This document shows, piece after piece, positions 36,696 to 47,157 of a stretch of DNA of 64,000 bases. The notes under the pieces were generated by a model. The model did not search any database and was not told the DNA's origin. It worked only from the letters and a program-made list of their open reading frames with translations. The DNA lies in NCBI GenBank assembly GCA_038230375.1, contig JBBRNJ010000009.1, positions 1-64,000 on the forward strand, in the 5' to 3' direction. The position numbers were made by a program, and so were the translations under genes. The stretch comes from Polyangiales bacterium (GTDB lineage: Bacteria > Myxococcota_A > Polyangia > Polyangiales > Polyangiaceae). Within the stretch, counting starts at the first letter, position 1. Every line of letters starts with the position of its first letter.

Positions 36696-38257
36696 GTGGG
36701 CGCGGCGATCGGCGCGGACGGCTGCCGGACGAAGAGCGACTCGCCCGTCATCGCCGCAGGCTTGTCGAGACCGAGCAGCGTGAGCATGGAGGGCGCCACG
36801 TCGCAGATGCGCCCGCCGCTACGGAGCGTCACGTCGCGATCGGACTCGTTCACGTACACGAGCGGCACGGGGTTCAGCGTGTGGGACGTGTGCGGATTGC
36901 CGGTCTCCGGATCCTTCATCAGCTCGCAGTTGCCGTGGTCTGCCGTGATGATGACAGCGCCGCCCTTCGCGAGGGCCGCGCGCACGATGCGTCCAATGCC
37001 AACATCCACCGCCTCCACGGCGTGCGTGGCCGCGTCGAGCATTCCCGTGTGCCCGACCATGTCCGGGTTCGCAAAGTTCACGAGCACGAAGTCGAACGCG
37101 TCCTTCTCGATGGCGGTCACCACGGCGTCCGCCACGCCCTTCGCGCTCATCTCCGGCTTCAGATCGTAGGTGGCGACCTCTTTCGGCGAAGGAATCATCG
37201 CGCGCTCCTCGCCCTCGAACGGCTCCTCGCGCCCGCCGTTGAAGAAGTAGGTGATGTGCGCGTACTTCTCGGTCTCCGCGCAGCGGAACTGCGTGAGCTT
37301 TGCGCGCGCGAGCAGCTCCGGGAAGATGTCCGGATAGCGCTCCTTCGGGAACGCGATGGGGAGGCCCAGCGTGGAGTCGTAAAGGGTCATGCACGCGAAT
37401 GCGGAGAACGGTGCGCCGCTCCTGCGCGCGAACGAATCGAAGTCCTTCATTGCCAGAGCACGCGTGAGCTCGCGCGCGCGGTCCGGGCGGAAGTTGAAAT
37501 GAAGGCCGGCGTCCTTCTCGGCGTCCACGCCTGCGTAGCCGTCGACCACGAACGGCTCCACGAACTCGTCGGTCTTTCCCGCCGCGTACGAGAGCTCGAC
37601 GCCGGCGTTCGCGGTCGTGTGCTTCGGCGCGTCTGCGTACGCGATCGCGTTGTACGCCTTCTCGACGCGCTCCCAGCGGTTATCGCGATCCATGCCCCAG
37701 TAACGCCCGCAGACCGTGCCGATCACGCCCTTGCCGTGAAGCGCATCCGAGAGCGCGGCGAGGTACTTCGGCGCGGTGCCTGGCTGCACGTCCCGTCCGT
37801 CGAGGAATGCGTGGATGACCACGGGCACGCCGGTAGCGTGCGCAGTGCCGATGATCGAGATCAGATGCGTGAGCAGGCTGTGCACGCCACCATCCGAGAC
37901 CAGGCCGAACAGATGGAGCCGACCGCCGCGGCTCTTTGCGGAGGCAAGGACGTCCGCGATCACCTGATTTTTCCCGAGCGAACCGTCGTGCACGGCGTTG
38001 TCGATACGCGAGATGTCCATCATGGCGATGCGACCCGCACCAAAGTTCAGGTGCCCTACCTCGCTGTTGCCCATCTGCCCGGGCGGCAGGCCCACGTCGG
38101 GACCGCTCGTACCGATGAGCGTGTGCGGGTAGCGCGCGTTCAGTGCGTCGAGCTCGGGTGTCTTGGCCATACGCACTGCGTTGTCGGCCTTCTCCGCGCG
38201 CTCGCCGAAGCCGTCGAGGATCATCAGCACCAGTGGCCTGGGCGCTCTCGTCTGCAT
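36692..38257 (-). CDS. gpmI: 2,3-bisphosphoglycerate-independent phosphoglycerate mutase
   Basis: ILDGFG, MGNSEVGH, DGRD, NPDMVGH, TADHGN. Confidence 0.97.
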   Translation of the reverse strand: MQTRAPRPLVLMILDGFGERAEKADNAVRMAKTPELDALNARYPHTLIGTSGPDVGLPPGQMGNSEVGHLNFGAGRIAMMDISRIDNAVHDGSLGKNQVIADVLASAKSRGGRLHLFGLVSDGGVHSLLTHLISIIGTAHATGVPVVIHAFLDGRDVQPGTAPKYLAALSDALHGKGVIGTVCGRYWGMDRDNRWERVEKAYNAIAYADAPKHTTANAGVELSYAAGKTDEFVEPFVVDGYAGVDAEKDAGLHFNFRPDRARELTRALAMKDFDSFARRSGAPFSAFACMTLYDSTLGLPIAFPKERYPDIFPELLARAKLTQFRCAETEKYAHITYFFNGGREEPFEGEERAMIPSPKEVATYDLKPEMSAKGVADAVVTAIEKDAFDFVLVNFANPDMVGHTGMLDAATHAVEAVDVGIGRIVRAALAKGGAVIITADHGNCELMKDPETGNPHTSHTLNPVPLVYVNESDRDVTLRSGGRICDVAPSMLTLLGLDKPAAMTGESLFVRQPSAPIAAPT

Positions 38258-38316
38258 GTGGTTCGGTTCTCTCTTTTAGGCTCGCGCCGGGCGGGCAAAC
38301 GCGCCTAGTTTCTAGC

Positions 38317-39030
38317 ATGCCCTGGATCAAGGCGACACTGCGCGGACAGACCGTGATGGCGCGCGCAGACGCGGCGGGAAACCTTGCGCCGGGCGCGGAT
38401 GGCCGCGTCGAGATCCGCTACAAGCCGATGGACGGGAAGGCGTACTTCGCCGCGCGCGCAAACCTGGAGGCGCAGCCGGGCACCGTGCTGCCCGACGAGA
38501 CGTGCGGCCCCGCGGAGTCCCCCGCCCCCAAGGACGCGAGCGCGTCGAAGAGCGGCGGCAAGGGCAGCAAGGGCGGCGCGAAAGGCGGCGGCGCACCCGC
38601 GATCCCGATCCCGAAGGACGCGTTCATCGCGTACGCGGATGGCGCGTGCGCGGGCAACCCAGGGCCGTGCGGACTGGGCGTGGTCATCATCTCCCCCGAC
38701 GGCAAGATGCGCGAGGGCTACGAGTATCTTGGCGAGGGAACGAACAACATCGCCGAGCTCAGCGCCGTGATGCGTGCGGTGGAGGCAGTGCCAAGGGACG
38801 CGCCACAGCTGGTCATCCACACGGACAGCCAGTACTCGATCGGCGTGCTCTCGAAGGGCTGGAAGGCGAAGGCGAACCAGGCGCTGATCCTGGAGGCGAA
38901 GAAGGCGCTCGCGAGCTATGGCAAGGCGCGCCTCGTCTACGTCCCTGGCCACTCGGGCGTGCCCCTGAACGAGCGCGCCGACGAGCTCGCCCGCGAAGCC
39001 GTGAAGACGCGGGGCAAGCAGTCTCTCTAG
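38317..39030 (+). CDS. rnhA: ribonuclease HI with N-terminal extra domain
   Basis: YADGAC.GNPG, TNNIAEL, TDSQY, GHSG..NERADELA. Confidence 0.92.
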   Translation: MPWIKATLRGQTVMARADAAGNLAPGADGRVEIRYKPMDGKAYFAARANLEAQPGTVLPDETCGPAESPAPKDASASKSGGKGSKGGAKGGGAPAIPIPKDAFIAYADGACAGNPGPCGLGVVIISPDGKMREGYEYLGEGTNNIAELSAVMRAVEAVPRDAPQLVIHTDSQYSIGVLSKGWKAKANQALILEAKKALASYGKARLVYVPGHSGVPLNERADELAREAVKTRGKQSL

Positions 39031-39118
39031 CAACGGCAGGCGTGAGCCCACGAATGCCGTGCACGTTGTCGTTGGTTGAGCTAGACCGGCCACGCGTTTC
39101 CGCACGAAGGAGTTTCCT

Positions 39119-40591
39119 ATGGACCGTCGCAGTCTGCTGTTGTTCGTTGTTCCGGTGCTGGCGTTGGCTGCGGTCCACGGCTGTGTGGGCGACTCAGCGA
39201 TCACCGCGGGCGCGGACGGCGGGCAGGACGCCTCGGTCGCGGAGGGCGGAAACACCACGGACGGGCAGAGCCCGCAGGCAGACGCCGGCGCGGATGCAGC
39301 CATGGTCACCGACGGCGGGGCAGATAGCGGACCGCAGTGCATCTACGTGACGGATGCGGGCGGCGGCGGCACGCTCGATCAGTCGTTTGCAAACGTGACG
39401 CACACCGAGGCGGTCAGCGTGGTCAGTGGCGACGTGGACTCCGCTGGCAACACCTTCGTGGTGGGTGCGCCCACCAACTGCCTGAGCGCCAGCTCCGACT
39501 ACGACTTCGCCGTCTACAAGTACGGCCCCACCGGCGCGGCGGACAACAGCTTTGGAACCGCAGGCCGCGCGTGCGCCGGCGTCGCGAATACCGCCAGCGT
39601 AGGGTCAGAGCGACCTTACGGATTGCGGGTGGATCCGGCGGGAAACATCGTGGTGGTCGGCACCACGGGCAATGGCGGCTTCAACCCAGTGCAGATCGTC
39701 GTCGCGCGCTTCAAGCCCACCGGCCAGCTGGATGCGACGTTCGCGACCAACGGCGTCTACAGCGTTGCGGTGGCAGGAACCACGTTCCCCACCGCCTATA
39801 CGGTCGCATTCGACACGAGCGTCAGCCCGCCCAAGCTCTTGGTCGTCGGCGCAGACGGCGATCCATTCAAGGCGAACACGGCCGCCTTCGTCCTCAGGCT
39901 CACGGCCACGGGCCAGGCCGACAACGGCTTCAATGGCGGTGCGCCCATCGTGGACACGAACGCCACGGGCTACTACGGGGTCACGGCGGACGGCGCCGGC
40001 AACGTGTTCACCACAGGCTCTGCCAAACCGAACCGTGATCTCATTGTGTCCAAGTGGACGCCCGGCGGCACCGCCGCTGTGTTCGGCACCAGCGGCAAGG
40101 CGACGCTGAGCAGCGTTTCCACTGCCACGGGTGGCGGCATGGCCTTCAGCGAAGGTCGCGACGTCCATGTGCTGTCAGACGGGAAGCTCATCATCGCGGG
40201 TCTGCAGGAGGCGGAGCAAGGTCCCGTGTTCGTGGCGAAGTTGACCGCGGCCGGTGCGCTGGATACGTCCTTCGCAGCCACCAGTGCGATCAAAGGCGTG
40301 CTCATGCTGCCCAACGTGATCCTGAACACGGACTACGAGTTCTCCATCATGCGCACGCGTTGCGATGGCAAGCTCCTGGTGACGGGGTCCGTCGGGGTTG
40401 GACAGTCGTATGCCGTTGCGGCACGGGTCATAGGCACCGGCGCACTGGACGCGTTCGGTGACGCCGGCATGGCGGTGTCGAGCGTCGTTGGCCTTGGCGT
40501 GGGCGTGGGAGAGGATCCCACGAGCGGCCGCATCCTGCTCATGGCTCGCAACGGCCTTGGACAGCTGCAGCTCGAACGCTACCAGCCCTGA
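39119..40591 (+). CDS. lipoprotein with delta-60-like repeats (beta-propeller)
   Basis: VHG-C lipobox; repeated G.LD.SF motifs. Confidence 0.85.
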   Translation: MDRRSLLLFVVPVLALAAVHGCVGDSAITAGADGGQDASVAEGGNTTDGQSPQADAGADAAMVTDGGADSGPQCIYVTDAGGGGTLDQSFANVTHTEAVSVVSGDVDSAGNTFVVGAPTNCLSASSDYDFAVYKYGPTGAADNSFGTAGRACAGVANTASVGSERPYGLRVDPAGNIVVVGTTGNGGFNPVQIVVARFKPTGQLDATFATNGVYSVAVAGTTFPTAYTVAFDTSVSPPKLLVVGADGDPFKANTAAFVLRLTATGQADNGFNGGAPIVDTNATGYYGVTADGAGNVFTTGSAKPNRDLIVSKWTPGGTAAVFGTSGKATLSSVSTATGGGMAFSEGRDVHVLSDGKLIIAGLQEAEQGPVFVAKLTAAGALDTSFAATSAIKGVLMLPNVILNTDYEFSIMRTRCDGKLLVTGSVGVGQSYAVAARVIGTGALDAFGDAGMAVSSVVGLGVGVGEDPTSGRILLMARNGLGQLQLERYQP

Positions 40592-40604
40592 TTCGACGGG
40601 AGCG

Positions 40605-41219
40605 CTACTGCGCGGGCGTGGTGGAGGAGGCGGGAACGGGCGCGTCCGCCTTCGCGCCGGCCTTGCCGCGGCCTCGAGTGCGTGTAGGCTGCACGCAACG
40701 CTCCGAGCAGCGAATGGTGGACGGACCGGAGTACGCTCCGTCGGGGAGCGGCCGCGATACGCCGGTGATGCAGCTGTCGTACATCTCGTAGCCGCGCGCG
40801 TCGACGCCAACGTCCGTGACCTCTCCCTTGAAGTTCACGCGCACGTTCAAGACGGGCGACGAACGGCGACGTGACCAGCCGCTACCGCCGATGCACTGCT
40901 GGATGCCACCCATGGTGGTGGCGAAGGCGCCGTGCAGGCGCTGCTGCTCGTCCGCGGCGACCGGAAGGCTGGAGGCTCCATCCGCGATGAAGCACTCGAA
41001 CGGGCACGATGACCCAGTCGCCGTCACCTGTTGCGGTGGAGGCGAGGTCACCTGCTGCGGCGCGGTGGACGTGGTCTGCGGCGAGCTGCTTCCCCTGTCG
41101 CTCATGTCGCCAGAGGCTTCGCCTTTCATGTCGCCGCTGGTGTTCGCTTTGGCGGAGACGCTTGCGTTGGCCTGACACGCGGCAAGGAGCGTGAGCACGA
41201 GGATGGGCGAGAGGCGCAT
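40605..41219 (-). CDS. lipoprotein, hypothetical
   Basis: LLAAC lipobox; Ser/Thr linker; Cys-containing domain. Confidence 0.7.
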   Translation of the reverse strand: MRLSPILVLTLLAACQANASVSAKANTSGDMKGEASGDMSDRGSSSPQTTSTAPQQVTSPPPQQVTATGSSCPFECFIADGASSLPVAADEQQRLHGAFATTMGGIQQCIGGSGWSRRRSSPVLNVRVNFKGEVTDVGVDARGYEMYDSCITGVSRPLPDGAYSGPSTIRCSERCVQPTRTRGRGKAGAKADAPVPASSTTPAQ

Positions 41220-41277
41220 GTTCAATGCAGGATACACCCCTCCCGCGCGCTGCCAAAGAAACGCGCTTTCGGGCCTG

Positions 41278-42240
41278 TCAGAAGGCCCCGCGCAGCCCCA
41301 GCGTGGACCCCAACCCGACATTGGCAGGCGCGAACGACGGGACGAGCGTCCACGCGCCGGGGCGATTCCCCGCGGCCTTCGGCGACGACGATGCACTCCG
41401 CGGCCACAGCAAATAGAGAAAGACGCCGCTGGCGATCACACCTGCGCCGCCCAGCCCGATCATGGGTAGCCCGAAGGTCTGATCATTCTTCGCGGCGTCG
41501 TGGTGGGAGCGCACCGAGTACGTGTAGGGGCACAGGGATGGGTCGGGTTTGGCGACGTCGCAGCTGGGGTTCGCTGTCACCTCCTTGGTCGCGCTCGGGA
41601 TGAGGTCGTTCGACTTGTTGTTCTCCGAGTTTGCGGTCACCTGGAAGAAGACGCCGATCCCGAGGACCACGAGGGAGAGTCCGCCGACGACCAGCGGAAC
41701 GACGGGGACCCCCTCGCGCTTCGCACGCTGCGCCATCGCAGGCGACCTTGCGTTCGGCTTCTTCGTGGGCGGCGGCTCCTCGAGCACGACGACCACGCGA
41801 CGGTTCTTCTCGCCCTCGAGCGCGACCAGGGACAGCTCCTGGGCGCGAGCGCCCGCGGTGACCTTGAGTGCATGCGTGCCCGGGTCGAGCGGCACCGCGG
41901 TCCCATCCGCGATGCGAGAGGAGCTACCGTCGATGAGGATGGAGGCGGTCTGGAGATCCTTGCCATTGCTGTCGCGCACCACGAACAGGACGGAAGGGAG
42001 CAGAGCGTCGACCTCTTTTGCCCATCCGACGCAATCATCGCGAACGATCTTCGGACACGCGTCTTTGCTGCACGAGTCGAAGAGGTCCTTCGCCGCGATG
42101 AGCTTCTTGTCGGCGCGCTGGCGCTGCCCCTCCTCCGAGATGCCGATACACGTCTTCGTGTCGGCACGCGCCGCGTTGTCTGCCGATACCAGGAGGGCGA
42201 GGGCAATCGCGGTTCGGAACGCAAGTCGAGTCGCCCTCAT
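41278..42240 (-). CDS. secreted/membrane protein with PEGA-like domain
   Basis: Signal peptide; C...CP..VR.DC..W motif; LDPGTH; hydrophobic C-terminal segments. Confidence 0.7.
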   Translation of the reverse strand: MRATRLAFRTAIALALLVSADNAARADTKTCIGISEEGQRQRADKKLIAAKDLFDSCSKDACPKIVRDDCVGWAKEVDALLPSVLFVVRDSNGKDLQTASILIDGSSSRIADGTAVPLDPGTHALKVTAGARAQELSLVALEGEKNRRVVVVLEEPPPTKKPNARSPAMAQRAKREGVPVVPLVVGGLSLVVLGIGVFFQVTANSENNKSNDLIPSATKEVTANPSCDVAKPDPSLCPYTYSVRSHHDAAKNDQTFGLPMIGLGGAGVIASGVFLYLLWPRSASSSPKAAGNRPGAWTLVPSFAPANVGLGSTLGLRGAF

Positions 42241-42374
42241 CCGGTCGCCAGGATACGCCCCATCGCCCTCATTCCCAACCCCTTCCCCGGGGCCGGTCTG
42301 GGGTGGGCTGGACATGCCAATGCGGCCCACGCGAGCGCTCGACGACGCACGCGCTGTGTAGTACCTCGTCAGGC

Positions 42375-42965
42375 ATGGGAACGCGTATCCACTCCTCTTC
42401 GCTCGTGTCCGACAAGGCCGAGATCGGCGATGGCTCGCAGATCTGGCTGTTCTGCCAGGTTCGCGAGAACGTGCAGATGGGCAAGAACTGCATCCTGGGG
42501 AAGGGCGTGTACGTCGATTCGGACGTCGTCATCGGCGACAACGTGAAGATCCAGAACAACGTGTCTCTCTTCCACGGCGTCACGGTGGATGACGGCGTCT
42601 TCATCGGCCCGCACGTGTGCTTCACCAACGACCTGCGCCCGCGCGCCGTGAACCCGGACATGTCGCTGAAGGCCGCCACGGACTGGATCGTGTCCAAGAC
42701 GCACGTGAAGGCAGGCGCTGCGCTCGGCGCGAACTCCACGATCCGCTGCGGCATCACGATCGGCAAGTGGGCGATGATCGCAGCCGGCGCGGTCGTCACG
42801 AAGGACGTCCCCGACCATGGGCTCGTCGCGGGCGCACCTGCGAAGCAGCTCGGCTGGGTCTGCGCGTGCGGGGAGCGCGTGAAGCTCGAAGGCAACCGCA
42901 CCGCCTGCACCTGTGGGCGCGCGCTCGTGCGGGGCGCTGACGGCACGGTCTCGCAGGAGGGCTGA
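42375..42965 (+). CDS. hexapeptide-repeat sugar N-acetyltransferase, WbpD/WlbB-like
   Basis: KIQNNVS, FTND..PR, IGKWAMIAAGAVVTKDVP, GWVCACG. Confidence 0.85.
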   Translation: MGTRIHSSSLVSDKAEIGDGSQIWLFCQVRENVQMGKNCILGKGVYVDSDVVIGDNVKIQNNVSLFHGVTVDDGVFIGPHVCFTNDLRPRAVNPDMSLKAATDWIVSKTHVKAGAALGANSTIRCGITIGKWAMIAAGAVVTKDVPDHGLVAGAPAKQLGWVCACGERVKLEGNRTACTCGRALVRGADGTVSQEG

Positions 42966-42969
42966 GCCG

Positions 42970-43806
42970 ATGAGCACCATCTTCGCCCCAGGGTTGTTCG
43001 AGGGACATGTCGCGCTCGTCACGGGCGGTGGCAGCGGCATTGGCCTGTGCACAGCGCGAACCCTTGCCGCGCTCGGCGCGAAGATCGCCATCTGCGGCCG
43101 CACGGAGGAGAAGCTCGCGGCGGCGAAGAAGGAGCTCGAGGCGCGCGGCGCCACCGTCTTTGCGCAGACCTGCGACATCCGCGAGCACGAGAAAATTGGC
43201 GCCTTCGTAGACGCCGTCGTCGCAACGCTCGGGCCCATCTCGGTCCTCATCAACAACGCCGGCGGTCAGTTCCCCACCACCGCCGAGACGGTGACTCCAC
43301 GCGGCTGGGAGGCGGTCATCCGCAACAACCTGAACGGCACGTTCTTCATGACGCAGGCGGTGGCCACGCGCTGCATGATCCCGAAGAAGCGCGGGCGCAT
43401 CGTGAACGTGATCGCGAACATCGCGCGCGGCTTTCCGGGCATGATCCACACGGGCGCAGCACGCGCGGGCGTGGAGAACATGACGAAGACGCTCGCGGTG
43501 GAGTGGGCGCCCCACAACATCCAGGTGAACGCGTGCGCGCCCGGCATCATCAAGACCAGCGGCACCGATCAGTATCCGCCGGAGCTCGTGGAGATGAGCC
43601 GTCAGCGCACGCCACAGAAGCGGCTAGGAACGCCGGAGGAGTGCGCCGAGCTCATCGCGTACATGGCGAGCGACGCCGCGTGGTTCGTCACGGGCGAGAC
43701 CTGGTACATCGACGGCGGTTCGCATCTCTGGGGCGACAACTGGGTGTTGCCGGAGTCCGTGAACGCAGAGACGCCGGCGGCGATCCGCAAGATCCTAGAG
43801 CGGTGA
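42970..43806 (+). CDS. SDR oxidoreductase (trans-2-enoyl-CoA/dienoyl-CoA reductase-like)
   Basis: TGGGSGIG, NNAGGQF, HTGAARAG, DGG. Confidence 0.9.
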   Translation: MSTIFAPGLFEGHVALVTGGGSGIGLCTARTLAALGAKIAICGRTEEKLAAAKKELEARGATVFAQTCDIREHEKIGAFVDAVVATLGPISVLINNAGGQFPTTAETVTPRGWEAVIRNNLNGTFFMTQAVATRCMIPKKRGRIVNVIANIARGFPGMIHTGAARAGVENMTKTLAVEWAPHNIQVNACAPGIIKTSGTDQYPPELVEMSRQRTPQKRLGTPEECAELIAYMASDAAWFVTGETWYIDGGSHLWGDNWVLPESVNAETPAAIRKILER

Positions 43807-43810
43807 TGCC

Positions 43811-45940
43811 GTGGGCGACGGAAACGAAGTAGAGGAGGGAGCCGAGACGACGGAGACGACGACGACGTCGACACCGACTTCGACCTCGACCCCGACCTCG
43901 CCCTCGACCTCGCCCTCGACCTCGACCTCGACCTCGCCCTCGCCCTCGACCTCGACCTCGACCTCGACGTCCGGCTTGCCTTCGCCGTCTCCCCGTCGCT
44001 CCTTCTGGTCCTCGGTGAGGACGACCATTCACGACTTCTTCTACGGCGAAGATCCGACCATCAGTGCGGCGCTCGTTCCGTTCTGCTTCCTCTCGATGGC
44101 GCTCTTCACGCGGCATCCCACGAAGACGAACTTCATCTTCGACGAGCAAGAGGCGCTGCTTGCGAATCCGTACGTGCGCAGCGTCGCGGACTCCAAGAGC
44201 CCGCTGCACTGGATCGACGCGTTTCACAGGGATTTCTGGGGTCTTCCGCCGGAGCGCAGCATCGGTTCGTACCGGCCGATTCCGAACCTGGTGTGGCGCG
44301 CGCTGTGGGGCGTCGGCGCGCGCGAGCAGACGCCGTTCCTGCATCACTGGGTGAACGTGCTCATGCACGGCATCAACGGGGCGCTCGTCACGGTGATCGC
44401 GATGCACGTGACGCGGAACCGGCGCACCGCGTGGCTCTCGGGCCTTGCCTTCACTGCGTGCGCGCTGCTGACGGAGTCCGTGAGCGGCGTCGTGGGCCTT
44501 GCAGACGTGCTCGGCGCCACGGGCGCTCTCTTCGCGCTCTACGCGCTTCGCTGGAAGCCGTGGATCATGTTCGCGGGTGTCTTCGCAGGCGTGACGTTTG
44601 GACTGTTCTCGAAGGAGAGCGCGCTCGCATGCGTGCCGGCGATCCCCGTCTTCGCGCTCCTCACCTCGCAGCTGACGTTCCCGGAGAAGCCGCAGCGCTG
44701 GACGCGCGCGCTCATCTCGTTCGCGGCGGCCGCTCTCGCATTCGTCTTCTACGTGGAGCTCCGGCGCCGTGCGTTCCAGGCGCCGCTCCCCGCGGAGTTC
44801 TCGATCGACGCGAACATCGGCAAGTCGCTACCGCACCGCGCGTTCGCCGGGCTCATGCGCTGGTATGGGCAGCCCGGGCTCCCTCGCGATCCGCTCAACA
44901 ACCCGCTCGTCTCCGCGGACATGCCGCACCGTGTGGCCGGCGCGCTACGCGTGTACGCCCGTGGGCTCTGGCAGCTGATCTTCCCGAAGACGCTGTCGGG
45001 CGACTACTCGTCACCGCAGGAGCCCATTCCAGACGTGCTCGTATTCCCGGAGAGCATCGTCGGCGCCCTGGCCATGGTCCTCCCGTTCCCTGCGGCCATC
45101 TGGTTCGGCGTGCGCGCGTGGCTGCGGAGCAACAAGGACGAGTCGATCGAGGTCGGTGGTCCGTATCGCGCCTCCGTCGTGACGCTCGACAAGGCGCGCG
45201 ACCTGGCACCGCTCGTCTGCGCGCTCTGCCTCTGGGTGGTGTTCTTCTACTTCCCGGTCTCGAACATCCCGGTGCTGCTCCCTACCGTGCGCGCGGAGCG
45301 CTTCTGGTACTTCCCGGCCATCGCGACCAGCATGCTCCTGGGCATGACGCTGGACACGCTCTTCGAGGAGACGAAGATACGTGTACTCTACAGGCGATTC
45401 GCGTTCGCCTTCGTGATCTTCTTCTTCGTGTTCCAGAGCGTTGCCGCGCGCCGCCACGCCAACGACTACACGGACGACCTCGCGTTCTGGGATGCCACCC
45501 GCAACGCGGTGCCGCGCAGCGCAAAGGCGCACCTGAATTACTCGGTCATGAAGGGCGCCCGTGGCGATCTGGAGGAGCGCCTGGTGGGCAACGGCGAGGC
45601 CCTGCGCCTGTCGCCCGACTGGCCCATGGCGAACGTCTACTACGGCGACACTCTCTGCAGACTGCACCGCTCGAAGGAGTCGATCCCCTACTACGAGCGC
45701 GGCTTCGAGCTCGCCTACAACGACGTGAACCTCATCGCCCTGGGCCTGCAGTGCCTGTGGGACGAGAAGGAGCTCGCGGAAGACAAGCCGCTCCGGAGCG
45801 ACCTCAGCGAGCGCGCCGCCAAGTTTCCGGGGTCCTGGTACGACTACCTGATCAAGGACATGATCGCGAACGGGATCGAGCACAACGGCGTGGACCCAAA
45901 GCACAGACCGCGTGGGTACAACGAAGGCCCGAAAGAGTGA
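43811..45940 (+). CDS. TMTC/DUF1736-like GT-C glycosyltransferase with TPR
   Basis: FIFDE, DFWG..SYRP, ESVSGVVG.AD, SKE, NNPL, LSGDYS, AERFWYFP, TPR. Confidence 0.8.
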   Translation: MGDGNEVEEGAETTETTTTSTPTSTSTPTSPSTSPSTSTSTSPSPSTSTSTSTSGLPSPSPRRSFWSSVRTTIHDFFYGEDPTISAALVPFCFLSMALFTRHPTKTNFIFDEQEALLANPYVRSVADSKSPLHWIDAFHRDFWGLPPERSIGSYRPIPNLVWRALWGVGAREQTPFLHHWVNVLMHGINGALVTVIAMHVTRNRRTAWLSGLAFTACALLTESVSGVVGLADVLGATGALFALYALRWKPWIMFAGVFAGVTFGLFSKESALACVPAIPVFALLTSQLTFPEKPQRWTRALISFAAAALAFVFYVELRRRAFQAPLPAEFSIDANIGKSLPHRAFAGLMRWYGQPGLPRDPLNNPLVSADMPHRVAGALRVYARGLWQLIFPKTLSGDYSSPQEPIPDVLVFPESIVGALAMVLPFPAAIWFGVRAWLRSNKDESIEVGGPYRASVVTLDKARDLAPLVCALCLWVVFFYFPVSNIPVLLPTVRAERFWYFPAIATSMLLGMTLDTLFEETKIRVLYRRFAFAFVIFFFVFQSVAARRHANDYTDDLAFWDATRNAVPRSAKAHLNYSVMKGARGDLEERLVGNGEALRLSPDWPMANVYYGDTLCRLHRSKESIPYYERGFELAYNDVNLIALGLQCLWDEKELAEDKPLRSDLSERAAKFPGSWYDYLIKDMIANGIEHNGVDPKHRPRGYNEGPKE
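43880..43969 (+). repeat. hexanucleotide tandem repeat (TCGACC/TCGCCC) x15
   Basis: Counted directly; encodes Ser-Thr/Ser-Pro dipeptides. Confidence 0.9.
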
Positions 45941-45954
45941 TATTGCTCTAGGCC

Positions 45955-46506
45955 ATGGCGCACCCGTGGCACGACATTCACATCACCGAACCGATCGAAG
46001 AGGGCTTCACGGCGTTCATCGAGATCCCCAAGGGCTCGAAGGTGAAGTACGAGCTCGACAAGGACACCGGCCTGCTGAAGGTGGACCGTGTGCTCTTCTC
46101 CGCGGTTCACTACCCGGCGAACTACGGCTTCATACCGCGGACGTTCTGCGACGACCAGGACCCGCTGGACGTGCTGGTGCTCGCGCAGGAGCCCGTCGTC
46201 CCCATGTGCATGATGCGCGCGCGCGCCATCGGCGTGATGCAGATGCGCGACGACAAAGGCCTGGACGACAAGATCATCGCCGTCCACATCGACGACCCCA
46301 CGTTTGTGGACTACACGCATATCCGCGAGCTGCCGAAGCACTGGCTCCTGGAGCTGAAGCGCTTCTTCGAGGACTACAAAACCCTCGAGCACAAGGAGGT
46401 CATCGTGCAGGACTTTCTCGGTCCGTTCGAGGCGAACAAGATCATCCGTCAGTCGCTCCTCGACTACACGGCCTTGATGAAGAAGAAGGCCGCGGAAGCC
46501 ACGTGA
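45955..46506 (+). CDS. ppa: inorganic pyrophosphatase, family I
   Basis: [26 protein letters not shown]. Confidence 0.96.
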   Translation: MAHPWHDIHITEPIEEGFTAFIEIPKGSKVKYELDKDTGLLKVDRVLFSAVHYPANYGFIPRTFCDDQDPLDVLVLAQEPVVPMCMMRARAIGVMQMRDDKGLDDKIIAVHIDDPTFVDYTHIRELPKHWLLELKRFFEDYKTLEHKEVIVQDFLGPFEANKIIRQSLLDYTALMKKKAAEAT

Positions 46507-46534
46507 AGCTTCGCGTGGCCCCACGCGGAAACCG

Positions 46535-47155
46535 ATGAAGCGCGCGCTCGCGGCGAGCACCCTCTGCCTGTGCCTCGCACCTGCGGCTGCGCTCGCGTCG
46601 CCCCCCGAGCCGGGTGTGGTGAGCCCATTTCCGGAGCCCGACATCCGCGACGGTGAGGAGCTGCCCGGCCCGCTGGACCGCCGCCTCCTCCAGCACTCGA
46701 AGCTCTACGAGGTGGGCACGCTCTGGTTCCACGGCGTCCACCACGACAGCTGGTCGCAGGGCGTGTTCGACATCACCACGGGGCAGGAGCTCCGCACGCA
46801 CAAGTTTCCGTTCTACGTGCTGTCCTCACGCGCGGCCAGCATCCGCATGTACGACGACAAGAGCTACGGCATCGCATTCTTCCAGGACGTCGGAGGCGGC
46901 ATCGCGCTCGGCCCGATCGAGCCCGAGATCCACGTGGGCGCGCACATCATCGAGTTCGACGTGTTCCACGCGAACTGGGATTTCTCGCTCCTGTCGCCGC
47001 GCGCATCCGCGGAGATCGGCGTACGCATCGGCAGCGCCCGCGTTGAACTTGTAGGATACACGCAATATCTCTGGCGCTGGTACGGGGAGAGCCAGCTGGT
47101 CCGCGGCATCTCGATCGGCTTCTCGGTCGACCAGGCAAAGATGAGAATCCCCTAG
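46535..47155 (+). CDS. secreted beta-rich hypothetical protein
   Basis: Signal peptide; amphipathic strands; 2 bp from next gene. Confidence 0.7.
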   Translation: MKRALAASTLCLCLAPAAALASPPEPGVVSPFPEPDIRDGEELPGPLDRRLLQHSKLYEVGTLWFHGVHHDSWSQGVFDITTGQELRTHKFPFYVLSSRAASIRMYDDKSYGIAFFQDVGGGIALGPIEPEIHVGAHIIEFDVFHANWDFSLLSPRASAEIGVRIGSARVELVGYTQYLWRWYGESQLVRGISIGFSVDQAKMRIP

Positions 47156-47157
47156 TC

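Noticed and set aside
43880..43969. Possible CRISPR or phase-variation tract
   Set aside because: No spacers; a 6 bp unit keeps the reading frame
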